The position numbers were made by a program, and so were the translations under genes. The notes beneath the pieces are model-generated. The model ran no database searches and was not told where the DNA came from. It worked only from the letters and a program-made list of their open reading frames with translations. Below are positions 1-13,672 of a stretch of 64,000 nucleotides of DNA, one piece after another. How positions within the stretch are numbered: the stretch's first letter is position 1; every line of letters begins with the position of its first letter. Source of the DNA: Camelus ferus (lineage: Eukaryota); the NCBI RefSeq assembly GCF_009834535.1, contig NC_045697.1:10542001-10606000 (forward strand), given 5' to 3'.

Positions 1-719
1 AAAAACCAGTTTCCATCTTATGAAAAAAATAGTAAAAGCTGGTTCAAGGCCAGCCTTGTAAGAAATGTCCTGCTGTGGGTTGCTCCCTTCCTCTCCTACC
101 CATCCCCCACCCCTAGGAATTAAGATTCCCGCCTTTGAAGGGGAGGGGGTGGTCAGAAGGAAGGGTGGGTGAGATGACAGCAAGGGTGGGAGTCCGGACT
201 CTGAGGAGGCCAGGGAGCGAGGGCAGGTGGAGAAGGTGAGGGCCGGAAGAGCGCGCTTCCTGCATCCCGCCCAGTTAGATGCAGATGCGAGCTGGAGCAG
301 GTGCCAGCCAGGTACCTGGCAAGGGCGGTGGCCCCGCTGATTGGCCGGGGTGCATGGGGCAACATCAGGCGGTGGGGCGGGACCCGGGCACGGGCGGGGC
401 GGGGTGGGGCGGGGCAGGGCAGGGCCGGTCCCTGGTCCCAGGGCTTGTCTTGCCCCTGCCAGGGTTCCATTCCCCAAGGTCAGGGCAGGGCTGGTCGCTG
501 AGCCCAGGGTGTGTCCCGCCCCTGCCCGGTTCCGTTCCCCAGGTGTGACCAAACAAGTGTGTAAGCCACTCCCCAAAACTGCTGCTGCCAAGTGGGTAAC
601 TAAATCGGCCCGGACAGGAGAAAGAACGTGAATTTAGAAAGAATGATAAAGGTTTCTTGACAGAGATGGCCACCTCCAAAGGGACACTACCCAACACCAT
701 TAAAAAAAAAAAGGCGATT

Positions 720-915
720 TACTGACCACCGTGGTGAGTACTTTTCATGCACCTGCTCCTTTGATTCTCACAACAACCCTAAGAAGCAGGGGCTATTTTT
801 AATTCCCATTTTGTAGATGGGGAAACTGAGGATCAGAGACGGTCAGAACTGCATGCCCACTGCTGCCAGTAAGTGGCAAAGTCAAACTTACAATCCACAG
901 TCCTTTACCTCCAAA
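720..915 (-). mobile_element. MIR SINE
   Basis: ctcacaacaaccct...cccattttgtagatggggaaactgagg core. Confidence 0.8.
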
Positions 916-989
916 GCGACTGAACCAATATCTTGTCCTTTTTTATTTTTAAAAGAACTGTACATTTCTATCAATAAAGCATCTTCTCT

Positions 990-1170
990 TTTTAAATGAA
1001 ATATAATTGACAGAACCTTATGTTCCTTTCAGGTGCACAACAGAATGATTCGCGTATCTATGTACTGTGAAATGGCCACCGCATAATTCTAGCTGACATC
1101 CATCACCACACAGAGTTCCAACTGTTTTTTCTTAGGGTGAGAACTTTTAAGATCTACTCTCTTAAGCATC
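990..1170 (-). mobile_element. L1 3' UTR fragment
   Basis: gaaatataattgaca...gtgagaacttttaagatctactctcttaagca, typical L1MA-type 3' end. Confidence 0.7.
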
Positions 1171-1534
1171 ATCTTCTTTATACCAGATTTGCTTTGGAGC
1201 TTGAAACCAATTTCCTGAGTTGTAGGTGGTGACAAGGAGCCCCGCACCCCTCGAAGTGCACCTACTGAAAACATCCCTTCCAAACTATTCTGGGAGCAGA
1301 GAAAGTGAGCTCTTTAATGTGACCTTTCAGCTGGCTCACCCTTCTTTATGCCTTAAGGGGCTTCCTTTGGCAGCTTGGGAGACCCTCCTGCAGTCCTCTG
1401 CCCACTTGTCACCCTCTTCCATCACTGGTCCCCCCACCTGGACTCCAGCCCTGCCAGGCCTGTCCAGCCTCACCAAGTCCTTCTGGGAGGGATGTGACCC
1501 TGCCCTTGACTGCCAGGCTCAGGGGTCAAGCAAT

Positions 1535-2005
1535 CTGGCCTCAGGACCTCTTCACACTCTTAAAAATTATTGAAATCCCCTAACATTTCTTGTTTCTGTG
1601 ACTTATAGCTATTAGTATTTACTGTATTTGAAGTCAAAAATAAGAAAAAATTTTAAATTATTTTAAACATTAATAAACCTATGACTGTGTTAACAGAAAC
1701 ATTTTTGTGAAAAGTAACTATATTTCCTCAAACAAAACGTAACTAGAATAATGACATTGTTTTACATTTTTGCAAATCTCTTTCACATCTGGCTTAGTGG
1801 AAGCCAGTGGGCTGCTCCTCCCTGTGGCTATATTCAGTCTGCCGTGATATTACTGTACCTCTGGAAACCTGAACCGTCCACCCCTGAGGGGGGCATGAAA
1901 AGGTAAATGGCATCTTAGTGTATTAAGACAATAGCTTGGACTTTATGAAACCCCTGAAAGGGTCTCAGGGACCTCCCAGAAATCTCTAGACCACAGTAAA
2001 AACAG
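1535..2005. mobile_element. hAT/Charlie-type DNA transposon remnant (MER119-like)
   Basis: tcaggacctcttcacactcttaaaaattattg ... cccctgaaagggtctcagggacc. Confidence 0.55.
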
Positions 2006-2009
2006 TTGC

Positions 2010-3810
2010 CCACATTCCTTGCTTTGAAGATGGAGGAGAGGCCATGAACCAAGGGATGTGGGCAGCCTCTCAAAGATGAAAAAGGCAAGGAAACAGATTC
2101 TCCCCTAGAGATAAAAGAAAGAAACATCATTTGGCTGACACCTTGATTTTATCCAGTGAGATCTGTGTTGGACCTCTGACCTCCAGAACTGTAAGATAAT
2201 AATTTTTTGCTAGTTTTAGCCATTAAGTTTGTGGTCTTTTTTTTTTTAACACTTTTTTTTATTAAGTAATAGTCACTTTACAATGTTGTGTCAAATTCCA
2301 GTGTAGAGTACAATTTTTCAGTTATACATGAACATACATATATTAATTGTTACACATTTTTTTTCACTGTGAGCTACCACAAGATCTTGTATATATTTCC
2401 CTGTGCTATATACTATAATCTTGTTTATCTATTCTATATTTTTAAATCCCAGTCTGTCCCTTCTGACTCCCTGCCCCCTTGGCAACCACAAGTTTGCATT
2501 CAGTCTATGAATCTGTTTCTGTTTTGTATTTATGGTTTTTGGTTTTTTTTTTTTATTTATTTAGATTCCACATATGAGTGATCTCATATGGTATTTTTCT
2601 TTCTCTTTCTGGCTTACTTCACTTACAATGACATTCTCTAGGAACATCCATGTTGCTGCAAATGGCGTTATGTTGTTGGTTTTTATGGCTGAATAGTATT
2701 CCATTGTATAAATATACCACTGCTTCTTTATCCAGTCATCTGTTGATGGACATTTAGGCTGTTTCCATGTCTGTCTGTTGTAAATAGTGCTGCTATGAAC
2801 ATTGGGGTGCAGGTGTCTTTTTGAAGTAGGGTTCCTTCTGGATATATGCCCAGGAGCAGGATTCCTGGGTCATATGGTAAGTCTACTCCTAGTCTTTTGA
2901 GGAATCTCCATCCTGCTTTCCGCAGTGGCTGCACCAAACTGCATTCCCACCAGCAGCGTAGGAGGGTTCCCTTTTCTCCACAGCCTCTCCAGCATTTGTC
3001 ATTTGTGGACTTTTGAATGATGGCCATTCTGACTGGAGTGAGGTGATACCTCATTGTAGTTTTGATTTGCATTTCTCTGATAATTAGTGATGTTGAGCAT
3101 TTTCTTCATGTGCCTATTGATCATTTGTATTTCTTTCCTTGGAGAATTGCTTATTTAGGTCTTCTGCCCATTTTTGGATGGGGTTGTTTGTTTTTTTCTT
3201 ATGATGTCATATCAGCTGCTTATATATTCTGGAGATCAAGCCTTTGTCGGTTTCATTTGCAAAAATTTTGTTCCATTCCATAGGTTGTCGTTTTGTTTTA
3301 TTTATGGTTTCCTTTGCTGTGCAGAAGCTTGTAAGTTTAATTAGGTCTCATTTGATTATTCTTGCCTTTATTTCTATTGCTTGGGCAGATTGTCCTAGGA
3401 GAACATTTTTGAGATGTATGTGAGATAATGTTTTGCCTATATTTTCTTCTAGGAGGTTTATTGTATCTTGTCTTATGTTTAAGTCTTTGATCCATTTTGA
3501 GTTGATTTTTGTGTATGGTGTAAGAGAGTGTTCTAGCTTCATTGATTTACATGCTGCTGTCCAGTTTTCCCAACACCATTTGCTGAAGAGACTGTCTTTA
3601 TTCCATTGTATATTCTTGCCTCCTTTGTTGAAGATTAGTTGACCAAAAGTTTGTGGGTTCATTTCTGGGCTCTCTATTCTGTTCCATTGGTCTATATGTC
3701 TGTTTTTGTACCAATACCATGCTGCCTTGATTACTGTAGCTCTGTAGTGTTGTCTGAAGTCTGTGAGAAGTTTGTGGTCATTTGTTATAGCAACAAAAGG
3801 AAGTTAACCC
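2010..3810 (+). mobile_element. MLT1 (MaLR) LTR, in two parts (2010-2236 and 3768-3810), split by an L1
   Basis: gaaaaaggcaaggaaacagattctcccctagag...ctccagaactgtaagataat...aagtttgtggtc|atttgttatagcaac. Confidence 0.8.
2237..3767 (-). mobile_element. 5'-truncated L1 (ORF2 C-terminus plus 3' UTR and poly-A) with 12-bp TSD
   Basis: ORF2 remnants ([46 protein letters not shown]); poly-T from 2237; TSD aagtttgtggtc at 2225-2236 and 3768-3779. Confidence 0.95.
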
Positions 3811-6546
3811 ACTGCCCTAAACTCCATGATACCAGCCTCTGTCCACCAGGGAAGGAGTTTGTGGACCCGTGGTGTTAGACCCACTGAAAGCTAGTGCCCA
3901 CTCTCCTTCTGGAACTCCCATGGGTGCCCAAGATCGAGTTCATTGCCCAAATGTCCCAAGCCCACTCTCCACTTGCATGGCCTGTTTCCTTGGTCCAGCC
4001 TTACAAGGGGGCCAAGGGGGCACCCCAGTCCCAAAGGGCACCCAGCAGTGGCTATTAGTGGGGTTGGACAGAACTGGGATGTGCAGGTGGGGTGGTTCAC
4101 ACATGTGCGTGAGGCTGCTCCTGCCGTGGGATGGAGCTCTGGGTGACAGGAGAAGGGGACAGGCTGGGGGCTGGGGGCTGAGGGCCTGAGGGGTGGGAGC
4201 CGGGGACCGAACCAAGCAAGCCCTGGGGGGTGAAGGGGGAGAAGGAAATACTGCCCTGTTTCATGGTTCCACTCTCCAGCTCGGAGCTCTGAGGAGTCTA
4301 AGAATTCTGTATTTCACCCTAGCCTTCTGAGTCATTAGAAAAGTAACTTTGTTAAGGAAAGAATAGACCTTTTTTAAACAGTTTGTTAGTTTAATCTATA
4401 ACTTCTAAATATTTATACATATGGGATGTCAGACCCTGTCTGTACTTTTGCCTGAACCCTGGAAATGTCGAGGGGTGGGGAGCAGACCAGGTGTGTAATT
4501 CAGATTATTTTCCATGCATCCACACATGTGTATAAATACTGTTTTCTGTAAACTTTGATCTTACCGTAAATATTGTATGATAGCCCGCCACAGTTTGCTG
4601 TCGCCAGCCACCAGTTCTGAGATGTTTAGGTGGTTTCCAATCAATTCCCCGCAGGACTTTCAGGTTGTTGTAACTAATCTCTGTTGTTAGCTATTTGGAT
4701 TGTTCGGTCTTTTTGGTTTTGCAGTCCAAACAAATCATCACAATAAGCTAAAATTGAATTAGGAATAAATAACAAAGCATTGGAATCTCTTTTCTTTAAA
4801 CCTGAGAAATTCTAAATTATGCTAAAATGATTAAAGACAAATTTCAAAACGTTCAAAATGACCCAGTGCATCCAAACGACCAGTATGGGCTGAAAACACA
4901 GGACGTGGCGCCCTTCGGTTTTGACATGTCTTCATTTTAGCCGGGTGGTTTTGTCCGCTGGCTGGGTTTTCAACTGAATTGTTTTTAGCCAAATGCTGGA
5001 GCCAGCACACCAGCACCTGCTCCAATATTATCCGCTCTTTCCTCTGCCAGAATTTGTGGTACTTCCAGTTGACAGAGAGGTCCGGGGGGCCCCCAGAGGA
5101 AGGAAGTTAAATTAAAGAGCCCCTCAAATGGAAGAGCTGAGGCTCTTGTCTATGGTCCTTAAGCAAAGTTGTACCAAGAGCTGTGTGTCCCCAGAAGGTG
5201 CTCTCTATCTGGGAAGAGGAAAATGTACATTGACACTTTCCAAGCTCTTGCTCAAAAAAAAAAAAAAAAAGGGAAAATGCTGGCTTGCTTTCTTCCAAGG
5301 TTTTAGTAGAGAATGTCATAAAAATTCCCCCTTAATGTCTTGCATGAAATAAGAGAGTAGTGAGTTCATTTCTAACTGGCAGGTGGAAGTTGTCTGCCCG
5401 GGGGAAGTAATAACAGGGCAGCCCCCTCCTCCCTTGCCGGCACTCCATGAAATAGGCACTTGGTTGATCCCACGGAGCTTGGTCGTGAGCCATCAGCAAA
5501 ATGGGGTTCCTGAGAGCTCAGGGCTCTGGATGCCTCTCCATCCTTCCTTCCTTCTTCTCTCTGCCCCTCTCAAGGGGCAGAAGGGACAGCTGTAAAGACA
5601 AGCTGAATTAGCCCATCACGTTGACAAGGCTTCTTGGGAACTGCTCCATTCTAGAACTCTCCTTTGAATCCATGACCACACCAGGTGCTGGGCTCAGGCC
5701 TGGAGAAATGCAGGTGAATGAAACATTATCCCCAACCCAGACTCCCAGGATTCTAAGATTAGGATGCTCCTGGAGGAGCCAATAGGCAGGTCAGTAAAGT
5801 TTAATGAGCACCTGCTATGATCAAGGCACTGGGTGTACAGAGGTGAAGCCGGCTTTCCTCTGCCCTTGAGGAACACAGAGCTAAGTAAATGCATGCAGGA
5901 AGCTGTCCTGGCAGAAGGGCCCTGGGGGACCCGAAGGGTGGGCACGACTGTTCAGCTCACCCTGAACCGTCAGGACTCAGCAGAGGAAATTACAAAGAAT
6001 TTGAAACTCGGTTTCAAAAATGAGCTGACGCACATCAGAGTAGGCTGTCTCATCCATGCTTGGTGGAGCATAAACCGGGGTGCTGGTGGAAATTTGGCAC
6101 AACCCAGTGTGCAGGTTGCAGGGATCCACCTGGTGGGAATTTAGCCTACGAATTTACTGGGAAAAGTTTGCCCAGACCCACGTGTGCTGGCCTCCCCCGC
6201 AGCTTTGTTTGTGATGGTGGAAGCTTAGGAGACCAGCTGCTTATCCACAGGGGCTGGCTCAAGGAGGTACCTCTCTGTGCTGGAGACACCGTAGCCCGTG
6301 AAGAGTGAGGCAGGTTCGAACATGTTACTCCAGAAAGAGACCCAAGATATGTCACTGAGAGGAAGAGGCAAGATGCAACACTGTGGAAGTCATAGTCACT
6401 TTTCTCTGGGTGATTTTCATGGCAGAGGGGATAGTCAATGCATATACATTAAGCAGGTGGGAATCCCAAGAAACTGTTTGGAGTGGTTTCCTATGGGGAA
6501 AGTCATGAGAGAAGGGGGGAGGAAATGCGTTGGTTTTCTAACCACG

Positions 6547-6920
6547 TGTGGTGGGCTGAAGTGTGTCCCCCTAAATTTCACATACTGAAGTCCTAACCCC
6601 TTGTACTTCAAAATGTGACTCTATTTAGAGTTTTTGAAGAGGTGATTAAGTTAAAATGAGGTCCTATTGGGTGGGTCCTAGTCCAACATGACTGTCTTCT
6701 TTATAAGAAGAGACACAGGCACTCGGAAGACAGAGGCACACAGCAGACACGGAGAAGCTGGCTGAGTACAAGCCGGCGACAGAGGCCTCAGAAGAAACCA
6801 ATCCTGCCAACACCTTGATCTTGGACTTCTAGCCTCCCAAACTGTGGGAAAATAAATTTCTGTTGTTTAAGTCCCCCAGTGGGTGGTACTTTGTTATGGC
6901 AACCCTAGCAAACAAGTATA
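6547..6920 (+). mobile_element. MLT1A-type LTR
   Basis: tgtggtgggctgaagtgtgtcccc...gaggcctcagaagaaaccaatcctgcc...gttatggcaaccctagcaaac. Confidence 0.85.
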
Positions 6921-7419
6921 CCATGTGAATGTTTTACTTTTGATATTTGTACCTATATCTCAACAGAAAGTCAAGGAAGGTTTTTTTGTTTGTTTTGTTT
7001 TTGTAAACATTCTGTATAAAAAAAAATTCCTACTTGGTGTTCTGTTAAAAAATGAATTGGGCATGGCCTGGTGGAGGGGAGGGAGGGAGGGCAGAGGGAG
7101 AAGGGTAAGCAAAACACAGAAGGTCAAGGTCCCAGGGTGTTCTTGTGTGGTAAGAGCTTGCAGGGGGTGGTGGTTGGGGGAGGGTGTGTCTCAGTGAGAT
7201 CTGAGCTGGTGGAAATTGTTCAAGGGTAGGATCTGTGGGCCTTTGAGTTCCAGTGGGGAATTTGATCTTGACTCTGAAGGTGTGGGGAACTGTTGGGAGG
7301 TTTCATGCAGGGAGGGCCATGGGCTGACAAGGAACAAGAGTAGTGGCAGAAACAAGACAGGAATTTGTTGCTGAAGTTCTGGTCGGGTTACTGAGAGCCT
7401 CAACTTACACAGGGCGATG

Positions 7420-7650
7420 GGCAGGGACTCTGGACCCAGACTGCCTGGGTTTGACTCCTGGCTCTGCCACCTAGTAGCTGTGTGATCTTAGCCAGTTGTT
7501 TGACTTTATGCCCCGATTTCCTGGCTGCAGGACAGGGCTAATGAGAGTGCCTACCTCATATACAGGTTATCAGAAGGGTTAACTGGGTTAACATCTGTCA
7601 AAGACTCATGGCAGTGTCTGCACGTGGTGAGCACTGTCCTGTGTCTAGGG
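7420..7650 (+). mobile_element. MIR SINE
   Basis: cagactgcctgggtttgactcctggctctgccacctagtagctgtgtgatctt. Confidence 0.8.
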
Positions 7651-9021
7651 TTGCTGTGTTTGCTGTTCACTTTACCCAGGGCTGGACACCTGACACATGA
7701 CAGAGGCTTAATCCATCCCTGTCGGGTGATGGAGAAGGTATACGGTCCTGAGTGCCAGCTCATATTAGAGAATGGAAGTGGCTATCCCCAGGTCACATGA
7801 TTAGGGAGGTGATGGGCTGGCCTATGAACCCAGGTCTGTCTAGCTTCAAAACCTGCACTCCTGTGTGACCTAGCTATGACCTAGCCTGGGGCATGGTAGT
7901 TAGTAGGACCTCAGTGAGTGGTTTTGAAGTGAGTTGACTGAAATGAACATGCTCAGAGGTTAAATGACTTGCCCAGGGTCACACCACTTGTCTTCCCAAC
8001 TCCACACCCAAATCTCAGGACACTAGAAAGTAGGGCAGTCTAACTAGTTATGTGGACGCTTGTCAAATTTGCTGCACTGAAATATTGAACTGAGATCAAT
8101 CAGGCAGAAAGACCTCCTTGAAGGCGGGAGCGTGGAGGCAGAGACCTGCACGGCTCTGGGTCGTTCAACTTCAAAACTGCAACCGGGGCTGGCACTAGAC
8201 TTTTACTGAGACAAGCTAGTTAGGTGGCACTGCTGAAAAACCAAAATATTTCACCATATTTGGGGAAATAAAAATAAACCAAAAAAAAAAAAAAAAAAGT
8301 AGGATAAAACATTCTCAGAGCTGGAGAACGTCTCCTGCAGGGAAAGGTCTAGGGAGGCAGTTCTCCCTAAAGGACCGTCAGTGTGGTTTCCCATCGGGAA
8401 GTGTGCATGGACTCTGCGGAGCTCGACGGTTACTCTCTACATTGTGAGGCATTTCTTTTCCTTCCAGCATCATCACTGACGGACCTGACTTTAGCTAAAC
8501 CTCAGTAACACACCAACCACTGTAAGGCACTAACCTGACAATGTTAGTTGCTCAAGACAGACATGAGGTTGAGAAAGGGGGCTTCGGCAGCCTGACAGGT
8601 CTCGTTTCAAACCTCAGCTCCATTATTTTCTGGCCATCAGTCTCTGGGCACTTAACTCCTTTGAAACTTGTTGGCCCCATCAGTGAATGAGGATAGGAAA
8701 GAGTCCAGTAAAGACATTTGATTCTTAATCGTACTAGTAAAAATTAGTACCATTCCAATTTCCAAAAAACTGGAAAGAAATAAAACAAATGTCTCTAACC
8801 ATCAAAATAGGTATTGTCTGGACACTAACGCTTCTGTGTTCTATGACAGGTGAGTACGTGCTTTGGGCCTTCACTGACAGCTTACATATTCTTATTTTGG
8901 TACCTAGTTTATGGCCTGCTGTGCACTCTTTGAATTAACTTCACTTAAGAAAGCAGGGATGTATGTAATCTATTTTCAAATATGTTTATTCAAAAGGATT
9001 GAAATTTTATAGGCTGGCTCT

Positions 9022-9035
9022 TGTGAGATAATAGA

Positions 9036-9082
<47 letters not shown>

Positions 9083-9800
9083 TTGATCTTTGCCCTTGGT
9101 TCCTGGCACAAATCTCCTAAACCCTTGGAATTTTCTGGGCGATAGGAATGTCTTTGTTTCTAATGGTGTGACTTTGGGTTTGCTCCTGAGGGGGGGCTGA
9201 ATGAGTCACCAACAAGACCAGGCCATAATTAAAAGCTTGGAATTTTCAGGCCCACCCCCATTCTGCAGAGAAGGAAGAGGGGCTGGAAATGGAGTTACTT
9301 GTCAATCATGCTTACATGATAAGATCTCCCTAAAAATCCCACAAGTATGGGGTTAGTGGTCACATCCACACGGGGAGTGTAATGCATTCCAACTCTATGG
9401 GAACAGAAACTCCTGCCCTGGGGACCCTCCCAGACCCCGCCCTATGTATCTCTTCATCTGGCTGTTCATCTGTAGCCTTTATCATTTCCTTTAATAAATT
9501 CATAAACGTAAGTAAATATTTCTCTGAGTTCTGTGAGTCTCTTCAGCAAATTGAACCCAAGGAGGGGGTCTGGGAACCTCCGATTTGTAGCCAAGTTGGA
9601 CTGAAGCTGTGGGTAACCTGGGGACCTACCACCTGTGATTGGCATCTACGGTGGGGGGCAGACTTGTGCCTTCCAGGTAGGCAGTGTCCAGATTGAGTTA
9701 GATTGTAAGACACCCAGCTGGTGTCACAGAACTGCGTGGCCTGGGGAAAACCCACACATCTGGTGTCAGAAGCGGTGTGAGTGTGGTAGGGATGTGAGAC
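9022..9800 (+). mobile_element. ERV LTR (MER21-like) containing a (CA)n tract
   Basis: ggttcctggcacaaatctcctaaacccttggaatt...gggaccctcccagacc...cccacacatctggtgtcagaag. Confidence 0.75.
9044..9082. repeat. (CA)n microsatellite
   Basis: Direct observation. Confidence 0.95.
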
Positions 9801-10199
9801 AAAAGTGCAGACGCAGGAGAAGAGTGGGGCTTTCCTACACAGATCATTATGCTCCTTGACCCGTGTCACCTTAATTTAAGAAGGAAGGGATTTTATGGGA
9901 AGAATATGCGTAGGCTTGGATTCTGACAAACTTCACTGCAAAACAAAAGATGCATGGAAACGCTTCCTAATTCGATTTTAGGACCTGTCAGATTGTCAGT
10001 GACTCGCCTCTCCGCCCTAGGGCATACTTTGATTCTGTTAATCCAGTTAGACAGAAGTTTCAGGACACCCAGAGACTGACACTAGTCACTGACCTTTTGT
10101 CCCCATCCGAGACAAAACTAAGCACATTTAAATATCGCCAACACCACTTGCAGCCCTCTGCCCAAGGCAGGCGTTTGAAAATGCAGGTTTCATTATTAT

Positions 10200-10700
10200 T
10201 CAGGTGCGGTGAGACACTGAGACACTGCCATTGAAAAGAGCAGTTTATTGCTCGCAGCTCCCAGGAGGAGGGGCACACGTCACCCTGCGCAGGCCGCGTG
10301 GGGAAGCACCAGGCCTGGTCAGGGGGCAGAGGCAGCGGGAGGAGAACACGGCTAGGAGCCTGCACTGGGGTCCCTGTGAGAAGCGGCAGACGAGGCAGAC
10401 TGAGAACTGGCTAGTGTGTCTAATTTGAGCAGGCTCCACAGTGGCGCAGCTGTCCTGAGGTGTCTGGTACCTGGCTCCGGTGTGATCAGGGCAGGGGAAC
10501 ACTGGCCTGGAGTGTGGGAGTCCTGTGTGAGCCCAGGGAGGGAGGGGCTTGGGCTGTGGGCTTCGGATTGGATCCTCATTTGAAAAAAGCACGTGCAGGT
10601 GGGTCCTTTACTGGGACGAGTCCCCGGAGCAGGGGTCTTTTCCCGAGGAAGCAAGGCCCCAAGACATCAAAGCATCAGGCAATATAGAAAATTTTAAAAC
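10200..10700. mobile_element. Old LTR remnant (MER76-like)
   Basis: ctggctagtgtgtctaattt...tctggtacctggctccggtgtgatcagggcaggggaacactggcctgg; similar to 23680-23820. Confidence 0.5.
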
Positions 10701-13666
10701 ATGATTAATACCATGAGCAGTGGCCTTGGCTCTAGGATGGACTCAGGGCAGTTACTCTGCAGTGGACAGCCAAGCTCTGTGGCCTCGAGCGGCTGACCAC
10801 CTTGTAGGTGCAAGGTGCCCTGAGCCCTGCTATCCCCCTTAGGCCCAGCTTCCCTACGTCATACGTGGTAGAGCAGCAGGGTGGGTGTTTACTTCTGCCA
10901 CTAACAAGAACATCGCCCTCGGCCAGCACCATCTCCCAGCAAGAGGTCCTGGGGTGAGGACTTCTGCCACCCAAGCGGTTTCTCCTTCCTCATAACCGCC
11001 TGGTTTTTGTTTGTTTGATTGTTTTCCAGGAAGAGGACACCCAGAGGTCCGTGCACTGACTCTGAGTTTCATTAATTCTATTTGCTTCCTAAGAGGAGGA
11101 AGGGCTTTGTTAAAAGCCTTTCCCTAGGGTCTGGGGAAACTTTAGAAAGCCTGACAGAGGTGAGGACAGGAGCCCTGTTCAAGGCATTCGTTATATGGGC
11201 CTCTCTTTCCCCAGGACGTGCTGGGGCCGAGGCAGAATCCAGCCAGCAGTCGTGCGTGGGGGGCCAGCGGTGGGAAACGATCCCAGTATTATTTGGCGAA
11301 TGGACACTCGTCACGAGGACGGAGTGTCACTCTCTGAGCATTGTTTTGTTTATTCCTATATTTAAAAACATGAACAATATTTAATAGTTGCTTTAACACT
11401 GGTAGAAAGAACATTTCTAAATACTCACCATTTGATTTTTATTTGGAATGTTAATTCTACCTAAACAGTAATGGTACTGTGAGCTAAGTTTCTCCAGAGC
11501 ATCTGCTGGGGGAGGATCGGTAGGCGACCCAGAAGGGGCCACTTCCCCAAGTGCCAGGAGCCCTAGTGCTGGGAGGAGTGAGAAGCAGAGAAAGTGCCAA
11601 GCCCCCATGGCCAGCACATTCAGTGGAGACGCCCAGGGACCCGGTAAACGTGTCTCTGCGCTAAACGACAGGGCAGAGCCAAAAGGAAGAGGGAAGGTGT
11701 CAGACACAGACTGAGACGGGTCCCTGCACAGAGTGAATGGCCTGCTTTGTCTTCTCAAAGTTCTCTGAGAAAAGGTTAAGTAATAGATGAGCTGAAGCCG
11801 CTCTGCTCTGGGAAGAGCGTCAGGGAAGGCAAGGGACTGAGACAGACAGCTGATAGTCGTTTTCATCACCTACTTCCCCTTCTGAAGAGGGTGAGTTCTC
11901 AGGAGGGTTGGCCATACGCCCAGGACCGAGCCGTACGCCAGACTGCAGGCTGGGAGAGGCTGAGAGAGAGAGAGCACTAAATCGCTTTGCAAAGAGAAAA
12001 GGAAGTTTGGGGAATACGGGGGTGGGGGAGAGGGGGGTGTCAGTGGCCTGGGACAAGGAAGTGAGGCTGGCTGTGGTCAGAGCGTGTGTTGGGGAAGAAG
12101 GGCGCCACTGAATGGGGCTTGGTAACCATTCGCTTTGCTGTGCTGTGTCCGATGGAGTGTTCTCCAGCTCTCCACGCCATCTTCAGTAAAATGTGGACCC
12201 TCTTTAAAGGGAGGTTGCAGGTTTACTTTTCCAGGAATAAAACTAAGTGTTAAGTCTTACTCTGAGGTGGGCACAGGGTGAGAACAGAGGCAGCCAAGTG
12301 ACATGCTCATTTCTACTTCTTTGGCCAAGGCAAGGCCAATGGCCACATCCAAGGTCAAGTTTCACTAATTCTATTTATTTCCCAAGAGGAAGAGTTGTTC
12401 ATGTCTGTCTCCCCCACCAGGACTGGAAGTGCCTCCGCCGTCGGGTCATTCTCACCCATCTCTGCGCGTCCAGTGCCCTGCAGTGCTTGGCACAGAGTAG
12501 ATACTCAGTGTTTCGTGCATCAGAGTGTCTCTGTAGTATTCTCTTGTCTTTTCGTCGCCACCATCCCAAGTCCAGGTTGCACCTGGACTGTTCCAGCAGC
12601 TTTTCCACGGCTGCCGTCTTTGACGTCTCCCACGGCAAGTGCCCCCTGCGCTCTACCAGCATCGGCATTGGTTTCCAGCACCGCGTTGATGCTTGCCTTC
12701 ATTTACTTATGGAACTTTAGCACTCTGTCCTTCCCTGCTCAGAAATCTCAAGGCCCCATTACCTAGAATCACATCTACATTTGCCATCGTGAGGTTCACA
12801 GTCACCCAGGGAATTTAAAGACAGTGAGACCTCAGGTATGGAAAAATCTCTTGTGAAACATTCAGAGTGGTACAGTTATTAGCTATGTGTAAGAGTCATT
12901 ATTCTATGCAGTTTTCTCCCACCTGGATACACCATAAGATGGCATTTTCCGGCCCCCTTAAACTTGGGTGTGGCCACTGGGATCTGCATTGACCACAGAA
13001 GTGGAGATGAGTGTGTCTTTGTGTGGAAGCTTCACCATACGTCTGTCATCTGCCTAATGTGCCTCCATTCTGCCCCACTTCCTACCTAAAGAAACTCTCT
13101 CCAAATTCTAGCTCTGGTATCACCTCTTCTCTGAAGCTCAACCTGAGATCTTCCAGAAGTTTCTGCCTCCTCTCTCTGGTTTTCCATGCTGCCTCTACCC
13201 TTGTATTGGAGTCTTCATCTCAGGAAGCTGTACTTACTTAGGCCCCTCTCCCCAGGCTGGAAACGAGCTCACGGTCAGAGGTCCTGTATATGGCGAGTGG
13301 TAATGGGCAGCCCTGACTTGAATCGATGGAGGATGCCCCTCCAGCCTGTGGACCTGGCCACCCTGCCGACCTCCTGGGTTCCAGTCCTGCCTCCCTTCTT
13401 ACCTTCTGTGAGACCCTGACAGGTATCAATCAATAACTTTATGCTTCAGGTGCCCCACTGGAAATCAGTTCAGTCAGCATCAAATACTTCAGACCAAAGC
13501 ATGGAAGTATGCAGATGGAGATTCTGGGTGGGTCCCCTTATGGATGACTTAGGATGGTAACAGGATATTTTTTCCACTTACGTGAGGGCCTGTTCATGAG
13601 TTCATTCGAACTAGATATAGAGAAACCAAACAATGGTTGGACGTATTTCTGAAAAACACACAGAGC

Positions 13667-13672
13667 TTTATT
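13667..13672 (-). terminator. FGFBP1: FGFBP1 polyadenylation signal AATAAA
   Basis: tttatt on + strand ~330 nt after the stop, followed on the - strand by T/GT-rich sequence. Confidence 0.75.
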
